The translations under genes were made by a program, and so were the position numbers. 32,000 bases of DNA from Acaryochloris marina MBIC11017. GTDB taxonomy: Bacteria; Cyanobacteriota; Cyanobacteriia; Thermosynechococcales; Thermosynechococcaceae. The notes under the pieces are model-generated. The model did not search any database. It saw only the letters and a list, made by a program, of their open reading frames with translations, and was not told the DNA's origin. Each line of letters opens with the position of its first letter. Within the stretch, counting starts at the first letter, position 1. Below are positions 16,346 to 25,403 of the stretch, piece by piece. Location of the stretch: NCBI RefSeq assembly GCF_000018105.1, contig NC_009925.1, positions 720,001 to 752,000 of the forward strand. The letters run 5' to 3'.

Positions 16346-17230
16346 TTAACGACATAAAGCAGGGGCGAAATCTTGCTGCCCTCTTCCCTGATGGCACAGA
16401 TAACGACCACCTGCCCATTCAATTGCCCAAATTTGATTCTCTTTTACGAGATCAACCCGAATCTGAGAGGCGAGTACCGAATCATCCGAGCAAGCCTCTC
16501 GCTTAGATTGACCACTCTTGATGACAACCGTTACTTTTGAAGCACTATAGTTTGTTGTCTTGACTTCAGTGGGTTTACATTCACCTGAGCTAGGGAACCC
16601 AGACAATTTTAAGGCAACAGTAGGGGCATCGGCGAGCCAAGATTCTTGTCGTTGCTGAGCAGCAGCATAGGTTTGATTAAAGGAAGCGAGCCAGGGATCC
16701 GCCTCAAAGTTGTAAGGGCGATAGTCTTGTCTGGGCAATAGGGAAACCGTGGATTGAGCAATAAAGTCTTCGCGAATCCAGCCTTCTGCCTGGGACTGAT
16801 TAAAACGGAGATAGTACCAGATGGCATCTCCTTCTCCTTTCGCTGTTTGGAGTAGGGTGACCGCATCCCCTTTGTAGCCAAAATGCTTGGCTTTGGAGCG
16901 AGTGGACGGTTGTGATCGCACATTAATACGGGAATCCGGATCTTTGCTCACGAGTTGGGCGGGTACAGGCGTAATTTTTTCGGCGATGTAAGTGACCTCT
17001 CGGATTTCGCCTTCATCAGGGGAAGATGAAGAACTCTCAGGTTTGCCGATTTTGTCTAATTCTTGACTGAATGGACCAGATTGGCCTGCCCCAGATTGTT
17101 GGCGGCCAGCTTGAGTCTCAATGCTGGGTGAATTCGTATCGGCCGAAGTTTGTTGGCAAGCTTGAATGGATAACCCCAAACCAAAGAGGCAAAGGAGCAA
17201 CACAAAGCTAAATCTTTGATTCCGTTTCAT
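16346..17230 (-). CDS. secreted (possible lipo-)protein with bacterial SH3 domain
   Basis: Signal peptide MKRNQRFSFVLLLCLFGLGLSIQAC from ATG 17230; the ORF track begins at TTG 17245. SH3b-like segment INVRSQPSTRSKAKHFGYKGDAVTLL...WYYLRF...EGWIREDFI. Confidence 0.7.
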   Translation of the reverse strand: MKRNQRFSFVLLLCLFGLGLSIQACQQTSADTNSPSIETQAGRQQSGAGQSGPFSQELDKIGKPESSSSSPDEGEIREVTYIAEKITPVPAQLVSKDPDSRINVRSQPSTRSKAKHFGYKGDAVTLLQTAKGEGDAIWYYLRFNQSQAEGWIREDFIAQSTVSLLPRQDYRPYNFEADPWLASFNQTYAAAQQRQESWLADAPTVALKLSGFPSSGECKPTEVKTTNYSASKVTVVIKSGQSKREACSDDSVLASQIRVDLVKENQIWAIEWAGGRYLCHQGRGQQDFAPALCR

Positions 17231-17627
17231 TGCCAACCATCTCAAAGCTGAATTTCATGTTCACAGTATAAAATTAATCCTTATTTTTGCCGATGACAAA
17301 GATCACTACAAAGTGTTAAACCACTATTAGGCCCTATTTTTGTCATCTTCAAACGGTACCGAATTCCAATTCTTTTTGTGTAGGGAAATTACCACAATTC
17401 GGGAATTATAAGTGTAGAGAGTTTAAGAATTATTTTTTGGATTGAAGGGTTGCCTTAAAGCTTAGGCAGTCGAGTATATATACTTAATTTTTTGACTGAG
17501 CTGGAATTTCCATCTTCTTTAATATGGACAATAAATGTAATTTATTGCATTATTTTTTCTTGCTCATTTAACTTTAATCCCAAACCACTAAATCATCTCT
17601 ATTCAATGATGAGCAGGTGAGCAATTT

Positions 17628-18116
17628 ATGGAGAGAAACCTCTTTGAAATATCATTGAGCCAATTCTCAGATTTTTCTATCTATGGAATAGGTGTTTCAG
17701 TTCTCGGATATCGGCCGTTTCCAAATGGACTGTATCGTGTAACGCTTTGGATAACTATATTTTTTATTCCTATATTCCCTTTAACATCACGGGTTGTCCG
17801 TCCCTTCAAATTTCAAGATAGCTCTGTCAATCGGGTATTTATTGGCGATAGTTTTGGATTCGATATTATTGGTCAAGAACCCTTACATTTACCCAACGTA
17901 ATACGGACTTATATTCTAGGCTGGAGTTTAGCTTTATTAGCTTTAGCACCCGTCGTACTCTGCATTCGACATGGGCAAAACTATTGGCCGAATGGTGGTT
18001 CACCTGAGTGGTTTGTTTTTCTAACGGTTACTAGCATTATTTGGCCTATCCTCATCCTAGGATTTCTCAATCATCGAAAAAATCAGATTCATGAAGGGCT
18101 CATCAGAAAAGAATAA
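17628..18116 (+). CDS. hypothetical membrane protein (3-4 TM), orphan
   Basis: ATG preceded by AGGTGAG. Hydrophobic spans LYRVTLWITIFFIPIFPL, YILGWSLALLALAPVVLCI and FVFLTVTSIIWPILILGFL. AT-rich surroundings. Confidence 0.5.
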   Translation: MERNLFEISLSQFSDFSIYGIGVSVLGYRPFPNGLYRVTLWITIFFIPIFPLTSRVVRPFKFQDSSVNRVFIGDSFGFDIIGQEPLHLPNVIRTYILGWSLALLALAPVVLCIRHGQNYWPNGGSPEWFVFLTVTSIIWPILILGFLNHRKNQIHEGLIRKE

Positions 18117-18496
18117 TTCTTCTCTGAATTGTCTCGATCTCTATTGAATAATGCTCAAGGCAGGGTTCGCTTTATTTCGGTTGTAGAATAAAGCCTGGTT
18201 GACAGGATTAGAGAAATATATGATTTTGTGAAGACAGTACTGAAATACCAGATGTTGACCGAACGTTCATAAATAGGATAACCAACTCAACACTCATATT
18301 CAGTTTTTTCAAGACGTCGTAGCTTTCCGTTAGGCGAAAGCGTAGTCATGGGTGACAGGGCATTGGAGTCGGCATGCTGCATTCATCTTCCAAATCGGTG
18401 TTCAGCAAGGTGAGAAGAACCAGCTGATCGAACATGAGTAATGTCAAAGCTTCACAAATGGCGGCAAACGTTTTATCAATGGACTGGATGCTTAGA

Positions 18497-18904
18497 TTAA
18501 TCGGGTTGGCTCAGCCCTTCTAGTTGATTATCCAAACTGGCCAGATAGCTGGAATCTTGAAGGGTTTCAGCAGAGAGGCGATTCGTTTTGACTGCAGCCT
18601 GGGCCACATCTACAGCGGTAATTCGTCCAATCCGATAATCTCGAATCAACCGACTCGCTGCAGGCACACCTTCCTCCGTAAACCAACCTTGGTATGCCAT
18701 ATATGCCAAGTTGAAGGGAGATAATTGGCGCGCTACTGGATTTTGGGTGGCAGCGACTTTCACAATTTTGCTTGCACCGTGGGAACCTTGGGTAATAATT
18801 TTTCGCTGGGTGGGGTCAGCCATTGCAGTGGTTGCGCTAAATCCAACAGCCAAAGCTGCAAGGCCAGCAAATGCCTTCTGAGTTAAAGCTCTAACGTTTT
18901 TCAT
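18497..18904 (-). CDS. small secreted hypothetical protein
   Basis: ATG 18904 has GGAGA 8 nt upstream and gives the signal peptide MKNVRALTQKAFAGLAALAVGFSATTAMA|DP. The ORF-track start at 18919 would place the SD inside the CDS. Confidence 0.55.
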   Translation of the reverse strand: MKNVRALTQKAFAGLAALAVGFSATTAMADPTQRKIITQGSHGASKIVKVAATQNPVARQLSPFNLAYMAYQGWFTEEGVPAASRLIRDYRIGRITAVDVAQAAVKTNRLSAETLQDSSYLASLDNQLEGLSQPD

Positions 18905-19390
18905 AAGGTCTTTCTCCATCTCGATGTTTTCAATTTACGAGGGGAGTCTGAGTAAGGTCTGATGCAATACTGTGGCAATTCCAGGAAGTTCCTGAATAAT
19001 CTAAGAGAGTATCCTGAGAAATCTGAGGATGGTATGGATTACTGAAGTTTTGTCCTATTAGAAGAACTATTTAGTCTGTAGAAGAAGAGGCATTATTGGT
19101 TAGGATGAAGTACTCATACCTAATAAGATTTATAGATAGAAAATGCAAGAAGAAAGGCTGTCTAAGAGCTAGTATTTGGGTCTCTATATATCTCCAATAC
19201 CATTGGAATTTGTGTTGATGGTAGGAGATGGATGCCCTACTGGAAGCACAAATCTGATGCGTTTTGATTTCATCTCTGAGGGAATGGGCTGGCTCACAAG
19301 ACCTCTTGCAATATTCGCTTCATGATGTGTTACTTACGCTAAAAATGTCGCGATCCGACTTGAATTTTAAGTCCTCTAGCATATCATTAG

Positions 19391-20310
19391 TTGAATTATG
19401 CAAGAGGTCTACAGTTGCTATTAGACTCAATGAGGTTGAAATATACTGTGCTGTTTAAGATAGGAATAACCCAAAAATTTGACATAAAAAATATTGGGGA
19501 AAATACCGTGTTTAAAATAAGGGATGACGTTAGTTTTACTGCCAAAAAAATGGCTGCTGGCCGTGCATATAAAACGAGAAGATCGGATGCATTATTCATT
19601 GATCTCTTTGCTGAGAAACTAGCAGGCAAAGAGGTTCTAGAAAATGTAATTCCCCGGCTAGAAGCAGATAACAAAGCGGGAAGGCCTTTAACCTCAATTC
19701 GAACGCGTTACTTTGATGACTTGAGCCTAGAGCATTCTCAAAATATCCGGCAAATTGTCCTGTTAGGGGCAGGTCTGAATACCCGAGCTTTACGTATGGA
19801 ATGGGCCTCTGGCACTCATCTTTATGAGATTGATCAAAGTAACATATTGACCTAGAAGAATCAGTTCTAGAGAATATTCAGCCTACTTGTAATCGGCATG
19901 TAATCGCAGCTGATTTAAAAGACTCTCTTTGGTCTGAGATGCTAATTACACAGGGCTATCAACCTTCAAAACCGTCAATTTGGCTCCTGGAAGGGGTTTT
20001 ATATTATCTGAACGAAGAAGAAGTTCATAATTTGCTGACAACCATCACAACTTTGTCTGTTAAAGGAAGTTGGTTCGGGGCTGATGTTATCAACTCTGTA
20101 ATAATGAACGGCCAGCATGACTGGGCTAAGTATTGGCTGTCCTGTTGTGATGATCCAGAGTCTTTCTTTGAACAGTATGGTTGGCAGACCTCAGCGATTC
20201 AACCAGGTGATGAGGGTGCTTCGTTTGGCCGCTTCACATGCCAGTTTTCAGATCCTAGTCTTATTGATAAGCCTCATCTGTATTTTATAGCTGCCTGTAG
20301 GCAAGAGTAG
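19391..20310 (+). pseudogene. class I SAM-dependent methyltransferase (LCMT / TIGR00027-like O-methyltransferase) broken by a 1-nt deletion
   Basis: ORF 19391-19855 carries RSDALFIDLFAEKLAG...IVLLGAGLNTRALRM...YEIDQSNIL, then a stop. The +2 frame continues DLEESVLENIQPTCNRHVIAADLKD...PSIWLLEGVLYYL (ORF 19939-20310). The frames join if one base is added at about 19849/19850. True start is uncertain. Confidence 0.7.
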
Positions 20311-20425
20311 TTGCACTCTAATTGGAATAGCTTGCCTTCAACATTTCCCCAAATTTGATTGGTAGGTTGGTGGTGGAGTTCCTTTTGAACTCCCTTATCT
20401 ATGACTTAGTACAGAAGGCTATCCT

Positions 20426-20453
20426 CCCCCTAAAGATGCTGTGCTTTAGGGGG
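20426..20453. terminator. 10-bp stem hairpin between convergent genes
   Basis: CCCCCTAAAG (20426-20435) pairs with CTTTAGGGGG (20444-20453), 8-nt loop. A second 7-bp hairpin GGAGTTC/GAACTCC lies at 20375-20393. No strong T tract. Confidence 0.45.
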
Positions 20454-20499
20454 TTCTCTACATTTGGCTGAACTTGATAGGTGTCTACTGGGGCAACCT

Positions 20500-20948
20500 T
20501 TACCTCTCCATGAAGCGTTGAATGCGATCGCGTTGCGTAACATCCTTTGACACCACACTGAACTGCATGGTGGTATTGCCTTTCCCCTGAAACGTCTCAT
20601 AGTTATAGAGCTGGCCTTGATACCAACGATAGGTATCACCATCGGCATGGGTTTTGGTTAGACTTGCAGCCCGAAAGTCGGCCAGAACGGCCTGTCCCCA
20701 GATGGATTGAATCAGCTTAGCTCCTTTGCCCTGCTTGCCTTGCCCAAATTCAATCGAACTAGAACAGCCTGACTTCCCCTCCCAGTAACAGGCAGGTCGG
20801 TAGTCTATGTTTTCCATTTTGACCTTCCTCGCTGGATCCAAGAAGACGGTGAGATGAACTGTGCCATCCATCGCCTCAAACGAGACATCGAGGTCGGATT
20901 GATCTGGCTCGTACTTTTGGGTGGTCTGCAACGGGAGGACTTTGACTA
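20500..20948 (-). pseudogene. 3' portion of a secreted-protein gene split by IS630 insertion
   Basis: The open frame extends to the IS boundary with no ATG (...LVKVLPLQTTQKYEPDQSDL...). It joins in frame to 22159-22302 when 20949-22160 is removed. Confidence 0.75.
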
Positions 20949-20956
20949 GTATTCCG

Positions 20957-22089
20957 TCAAAGATTTATTGATGGGTAAAGTCTGTGTAATTTGACCCTGG
21001 CATCTTGCGTCGTGAACCGCCAGTCAATCCATGTTCCCTTTTGGTTTCGGTGCTCATTCCAAGCCCTCACATGCTTTTGTAAGGTTGGAAAATCAGCAAT
21101 GCGTTGATCTAAACATTGACGAGACAGGATACTTAATTCAATCTCAGCCATATTGAGCCAGCTTCCATGTTTGGGGGTGTAGAAAAATTCGAACCGAGAT
21201 AAAAGTCTCCTGGCTTCTTCAGGTTCAAAAGCTTTGTAGAGTGAGGAGGGAGAGTGAATATTGAGATTGTCTTGAACCAGCGTGAGGGTGTGGGCCTCAG
21301 GGTAAAACACATCCACTAATTCTTTGAGTAGATGAGCATAGTCAATGGCAGTTCGTCGTTGAGTTACTTTCACATATCGCGTGCCTACTATTGGCTCACA
21401 CAACATAAAGAGATTGGCTGTGCCCTTACGTTCATACTCATAGTCAACACGTTCGGGTTGACCACGTTGAGCCGCGATGGGTAGAGTGATTTCCTCAACC
21501 AATTGCTTGGTGGCTTCATCCAGACAAATCAAAGGATTCCTCAAGTCATAAGGACGCTCATAAACCGTTAAGAGCTCCTCCATCCGCCAGACAAATTCTG
21601 CATTCTGCTGTGGGGGGATGACCCAACAGGTCTTTCGCCAAGGCTGCAACTCGTTTTTTTTAGAGTTTGTCGGACACTCTCATGACTGAGGTGGTCGATG
21701 TAGCCTAATTCCACCATCTGGTCTGCGAGTAAGCGTAATGTCCAGCGAGCATGACCAACGGGGGGTTCACTGCAGCGTAAGGCAATCAGATGAGCTTCTT
21801 GTTCTTCTTGTATTTTTCGCTTTCGACCTGCCCCAGAACGTTGATTGATAGCAGCTTCAAGGCCTTCTTCCACAAATCGCATACGCACCCGCTCAATTGT
21901 GCGTATGCTGACACCTATCGCTTCATGAATTTCTCGATCACAGCAACCACCATGAGTTTGGTTAGTATCCGCTTTCAGAAGAATGCGGGCATGATTGATT
22001 TGCCGAGCACCTCGTTTTCCCGTGAACGTGAAATTCTTGAGATACTGTTGCTCTGGCTCACTCAGAGTGACGATGTACCGTTTACCCAT
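20957..22089 (-). CDS. IS630-family transposase, two overlapping frames (orfA 21568-22089, orfB 20957-21649) joined by -1 frameshift
   Basis: orfA has HTH domains (MGKRYIVTLSEPEQQYLK...IGVSIRTIERV...). orfB has the DDE domain (KTCWVIPP...LICLDE...LVQDNLNIHS...TPKHGSWLNMAEIE). A -1 slip on A AAA AAA gives the canonical ...TLKKNELQPWRK... junction. Confidence 0.85.
21654..21661 (-). other. A8 slippery tract (A AAA AAA heptamer) for -1 ribosomal frameshift or transcriptional slippage
   Basis: T8 on the plus strand at 21654-21661, which is A8 on the coding strand, located exactly at the orfA/orfB overlap. Confidence 0.65.
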
Positions 22090-22158
22090 GACGTTCTCCT
22101 AGAATGCGTCCATTTCATTCTAGAAAATATACCTGTCAGTCTTTTCTTGACTGAACAA

Positions 22159-22302
22159 TAGCCCAGCATCAGCTTGAGCTGCATAGTTTTGGGATGACCA
22201 ACGCGTGACTTCAGCTTTGGTCATCCCCGGGAAGGCTTGTGCTGATGAGATGGTGCTGCAGGATGCGATCGCAACCACCAATCCCGTCCAAGCTTTATGC
22301 AT
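22159..22302 (-). pseudogene. 5' portion (signal peptide plus about 25 aa) of the secreted-protein gene split by IS630
   Basis: MHKAWTGLVVAIASCSTISSAQA|FPGMTKAEVTRWSSQNYAAQADAGL, then the frame runs into the IS and stops after 12 IS-encoded codons (stop at 22120). Confidence 0.75.
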
Positions 22303-22397
22303 CGTCCTCTACCCCAGTCACTATCTCGGTTTTAATAGCCCTAGAGCACGATCACAAGGATACCGATCACACAGGCCACAGCATTCTGCCCAGCGAT

Positions 22398-23597
22398 TTA
22401 TGCCTTGGCAAAATTGGTGGGGTCTTGGTCACGGCGGTGACGCACAGGGATAGGTGTCCCCTGACGATTGCCCACAAGAGCGGCTGTTGCTTCCAGGGAT
22501 TCCTTCAAACGCTTAGCTGCATAGATGGACATATCACGTGGAACACTGATGCGATCGCGCAAGTAACGCAAGCCAAGATCCGAGCCAGAGGGAGGCGTGC
22601 AAACTTCACCCGTAATCAAATGAGTGAGAGCACAGCGCAGAGCTTCGTCAATTAACTCATCCTTGGTCGGATTGACCTTAATAATATTCTCGTGATGCTT
22701 CACCACTCGATGTAATGCTTCCGCCCGAGAGGTTTCGGGTTCTGGATAGGTCACATCCGGCAATTCTGACCAAGGACCATTATCCACTCGACTCATATTG
22801 ATGGGCGTCTGTGGATCGTTGTTCTTATAGCAACCGCCCATCTGCGGGGGTAAATCATGGGCATGGGTGTGGAAGTCGCTTTGAGTCCCCCGATAAGTAG
22901 GCCGACTTTCCATGGCATCAAACCAATCCGAAAATCGGGGATTTTCTTCCCGTAACGAGTAGCCCTTGTAGTAGTAGAGGCTAGCGTTCATACGTTCGAC
23001 ATAGGGGGTAAAAATTGCGTCTGCAGTGCCAAATTCTTCCAAAAAGTAAGGTCCAGGGGTTTGGCTTAGAGCAGCTTCGACCTTTTTTACCACGCTGACA
23101 AACTGCTCTCGATTCCGCTGATCTTGTCGAGGACGGGAGGGATAGCACAACCAAGTACACCAGGCCCGAAACAGTAATCGCTCCAGTTGGCGCAAAGGCA
23201 TAACTGCCGGGTCTTGCATACCTTTGCCTAGAGGACCAAACTCTTTTTCTAAGGCAATTAAGATATCATCACTCTCGGTGATCACCTGACCCTTTAGCTC
23301 TAGAGCGGGCAACATCCCCGAGGGTACTATCTGCTTATACCATCGCTCTTTTTCCCCGTAACAAAACATCGTCACTTTTTCGATCCGATAGGGGATCTGC
23401 TTCTCTTCTAGCCATAGCCAAATTTTTTGGCAGTAGGGACACCAGGCGTGATTGTCACGGAAGAGTGTAACCTTTACATCGTCTTCGGATTGACCAAACA
23501 AACGCAGACAGGATTGGGCATTGGTTGGACCGTTCACAGGATCCAAATGGAAGTCAGTACGGTCAGCTAATTCAGACCAGCTCAGGGGAGTACTCAT
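22398..23597 (-). CDS. GST / glutaredoxin-2-like thiol transferase with CPYC active site and long C-terminal helical domain
   Basis: Thioredoxin-fold N-domain [33 protein letters not shown]...[27 protein letters not shown]. Likely start is ATG 23597 (MSTPLSW); the ORF track extends to 23717. Confidence 0.7.
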   Translation of the reverse strand: MSTPLSWSELADRTDFHLDPVNGPTNAQSCLRLFGQSEDDVKVTLFRDNHAWCPYCQKIWLWLEEKQIPYRIEKVTMFCYGEKERWYKQIVPSGMLPALELKGQVITESDDILIALEKEFGPLGKGMQDPAVMPLRQLERLLFRAWCTWLCYPSRPRQDQRNREQFVSVVKKVEAALSQTPGPYFLEEFGTADAIFTPYVERMNASLYYYKGYSLREENPRFSDWFDAMESRPTYRGTQSDFHTHAHDLPPQMGGCYKNNDPQTPINMSRVDNGPWSELPDVTYPEPETSRAEALHRVVKHHENIIKVNPTKDELIDEALRCALTHLITGEVCTPPSGSDLGLRYLRDRISVPRDMSIYAAKRLKESLEATAALVGNRQGTPIPVRHRRDQDPTNFAKA

Positions 23598-23746
23598 AAT
23601 GAATTTAGGGGAACACAAGGCTATCGGATTATAAAGGGTTCTGAGGTTAATGTGTACAGAATGACTATCCCATTTGGCTTTACCGAAATTTAAACTTTTG
23701 CAACAAGATAAGGTCACTCTATTGTTGGCTTACCTAGAATATTAAC

Positions 23747-23758
23747 GAACGTACGTTC
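23747..23758. promoter_or_regulatory. perfect 12-bp palindrome GAACGTACGTTC, candidate TetR operator
   Basis: Self-complementary 12-mer in the divergent intergenic region, 12 nt upstream of the TetR ATG. It lies just downstream of a TAGAAT -10-like hexamer (23735-23740). Confidence 0.5.
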
Positions 23759-23769
23759 AGTTTGTAGGA

Positions 23770-24396
23770 ATGCCCATTTTGGAGATTACTCAACCCAAAC
23801 GTTCTTATCGTCGCGATGGGAAACAAGCCATCTTAGATGCGGCCCTTGAGTTGTTCACCCGCCAAGGTTACGAAGAAACTTCAGTTGAGGATCTACGCAA
23901 AGCTGCAGGATTTAAGTCAAAGGCGAGTCTCTATGCACATTTTGAAAGTAAAGAAGCGGTTGCTGAAGCATTATCTGTACATATTTTTAAGCTGACCGAG
24001 CGTCAAATTCTGATTGATTACGAAGAGGCAGGTACAGATCCGCTTGAGATTCTAATCGCAATTACCAAAGGTGTTATCCGATGGGGGCTTGAGCATCCTA
24101 AAGAATATACCTTTCGGTTTATTCGGACTCAGCAGAATCGACTGATTCAAGGCCAATATGACTATGCGACCGGTCAGTTCTCAATTGCTTATGGCAAAAT
24201 GCTGAATTTACTCCAATATCTACGCCAGCACTATCCCGTCCGCCCGATTGCAGATGAAGCTCTAATCAGTGTGACTCTGGGATTAATCAGTCGATCCGTG
24301 ATTGATCGGGAAGCCTTTGGCAATATCAGTCTTGAGGAACAGGTCAACCAAGTGTTGGAACTCTGTATGGGCATCTTTTTCTATGAACCCATCTGA
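23770..24396 (+). CDS. TetR/AcrR-family transcriptional regulator
   Basis: N-terminal HTH ILDAALELFTRQGYEETSVEDLRKAAGFKSKASLYAHFESKEAV, followed by a helical ligand domain. Confidence 0.88.
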   Translation: MPILEITQPKRSYRRDGKQAILDAALELFTRQGYEETSVEDLRKAAGFKSKASLYAHFESKEAVAEALSVHIFKLTERQILIDYEEAGTDPLEILIAITKGVIRWGLEHPKEYTFRFIRTQQNRLIQGQYDYATGQFSIAYGKMLNLLQYLRQHYPVRPIADEALISVTLGLISRSVIDREAFGNISLEEQVNQVLELCMGIFFYEPI

Positions 24397-24604
24397 TGGG
24401 TCGAGACCGGCTTTGCATCATTATCCCCATCTGTATAACCCTGATTTTGTCAGTAAAAAGAATAGATTTTTTAGCCTTTTCATAGCTGTTTGTTCATGAA
24501 AAAGCTTTTGGTGAGTGTTGTCTTGCTTCACTGAGCAATAGCTCGCCCTGTCAGTGCAAGTTTGATGAGTGCCATTTTATTAATCCTACGGAGAACGATG
24601 AGTA

Positions 24605-24805
24605 ATGTCCCAAAATACCCCTAAGCAGTTAGGAGAAACCATAGATCGATTAGTCCAACTTAGAGATTTATGCTCGAACTTAGCTCTATCGGTAGATGCA
24701 GGGTTAATTCCAGCTCAGATAGCCGAAATTTGCGATATTGGTGCTGAAGAACTCCAAGATATCGGCCAACAACTCAGTCGGTTGAATACTTCCACCCAAA
24801 ATTAA
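24605..24805 (+). CDS. small hypothetical protein (66 aa, acidic, helical)
   Basis: ATG with GGAGA about 10 nt upstream, followed by a 13-bp-stem hairpin. No family recognised. Confidence 0.4.
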   Translation: MSQNTPKQLGETIDRLVQLRDLCSNLALSVDAGLIPAQIAEICDIGAEELQDIGQQLSRLNTSTQN

Positions 24806-24835
24806 GTGACATCTTGCCTAAATAGTCAATATGGA

Positions 24836-24884
24836 GCGTTGTTCAACGGCGATATTTAGGAATTATCCTATCGTTGAACAACGC
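24836..24884 (+). terminator. 13-bp perfect-stem hairpin (23-nt loop)
   Basis: GCGTTGTTCAACG (24836-24848) pairs with CGTTGAACAACGC (24872-24884), 30 nt after the stop of the 66-aa ORF. No clear T tract, so a role as a protein-binding palindrome is equally possible. Confidence 0.4.
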
Positions 24885-25100
24885 CATGTTTGCTGCACCC
24901 AGAAAATCGGATCAATCGATATGAATTCTACCCAGCATATTCCAGCAAAGGTCCAATGCAAGTTGAACTCATTCAAGCGTTTTAAAAGTTATTCATTCGC
25001 ACTCAAAATGCTGTGGCAGTTAAGCAATGCTTGCACTGCTGAAACCTAGCATATATATTTGGGATATCTAATTATGGCTGTTTCAACTGCCTTCTTCTAA

Positions 25101-25403
25101 TTAAGACATTAATCCAAGGGTTGCAATACAAGATTGCTCTTCTGTTTTAAAAGTAAATCGTTGAATCATAGCTTCAACAGATGCCAAAGGAAGAGCATCA
25201 ATAATAGTGGCTCGAAACATGATAGTGGGTCGTTCAGGAACCTCAATCCCACAATGCTCAGAACGGAGAAAAATTCGGTTAATTGGATCTTGATCAATAG
25301 AGACCTGAACCCCTAGTTCTGGATATTGGATAAAGGCTTGGAACATCTCTAACTGTTTCCAGAATTGGATCGTACTAGACTTAAATTCAATGTGTAAAGT
25401 CAT
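25101..25403 (-). CDS. hypothetical protein (100 aa), no family recognised
   Basis: ATG-initiated ORF in an otherwise ORF-poor AT-rich spacer, with an 11-bp inverted repeat 80-110 nt upstream. Confidence 0.4.
   Translation of the reverse strand: MTLHIEFKSSTIQFWKQLEMFQAFIQYPELGVQVSIDQDPINRIFLRSEHCGIEVPERPTIMFRATIIDALPLASVEAMIQRFTFKTEEQSCIATLGLMS

Larger units (their letters stand above)
20949..22158 (-). mobile_element. IS630-family insertion sequence, 1210 bp
   Basis: Flanked by TA at 20947-20948 and 22159-22160. Imperfect terminal IRs: GTATTCCGTCAA at 20949-20960 versus the reverse complement of 22147-22158, TTGTTCAGTCAA (9/12 match). Contains a two-frame IS630 transposase. Confidence 0.85.

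Noticed and set aside
16324-16506. 60-aa plus-strand ORF after trmO
   Set aside because: It overlaps the 3' end of the convergent SH3-domain gene, which has a signal peptide and a recognisable domain. This is a shadow ORF.
18346-18492. Start-less 49-codon open frame on the minus strand (..DKTFAAICEALTLLMFDQLVLLTLLNTDLEDEC..)
   Set aside because: There is no initiation codon before the internal Met and I could assign no family. It may be a pseudogene remnant, but I cannot support a call without BLASTX.
22205-22655. Plus-strand ORFs 22205-22453 and 22239-22655
   Set aside because: They are antisense to the split secreted-protein gene and to the GST-like gene, and have no motifs.
24831-25049. 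72-aa plus-strand ORF
   Set aside because: Its start sits inside the left arm of the 13-bp-stem hairpin. It has no SD, and the sequence is Cys/low-complexity with no family features.
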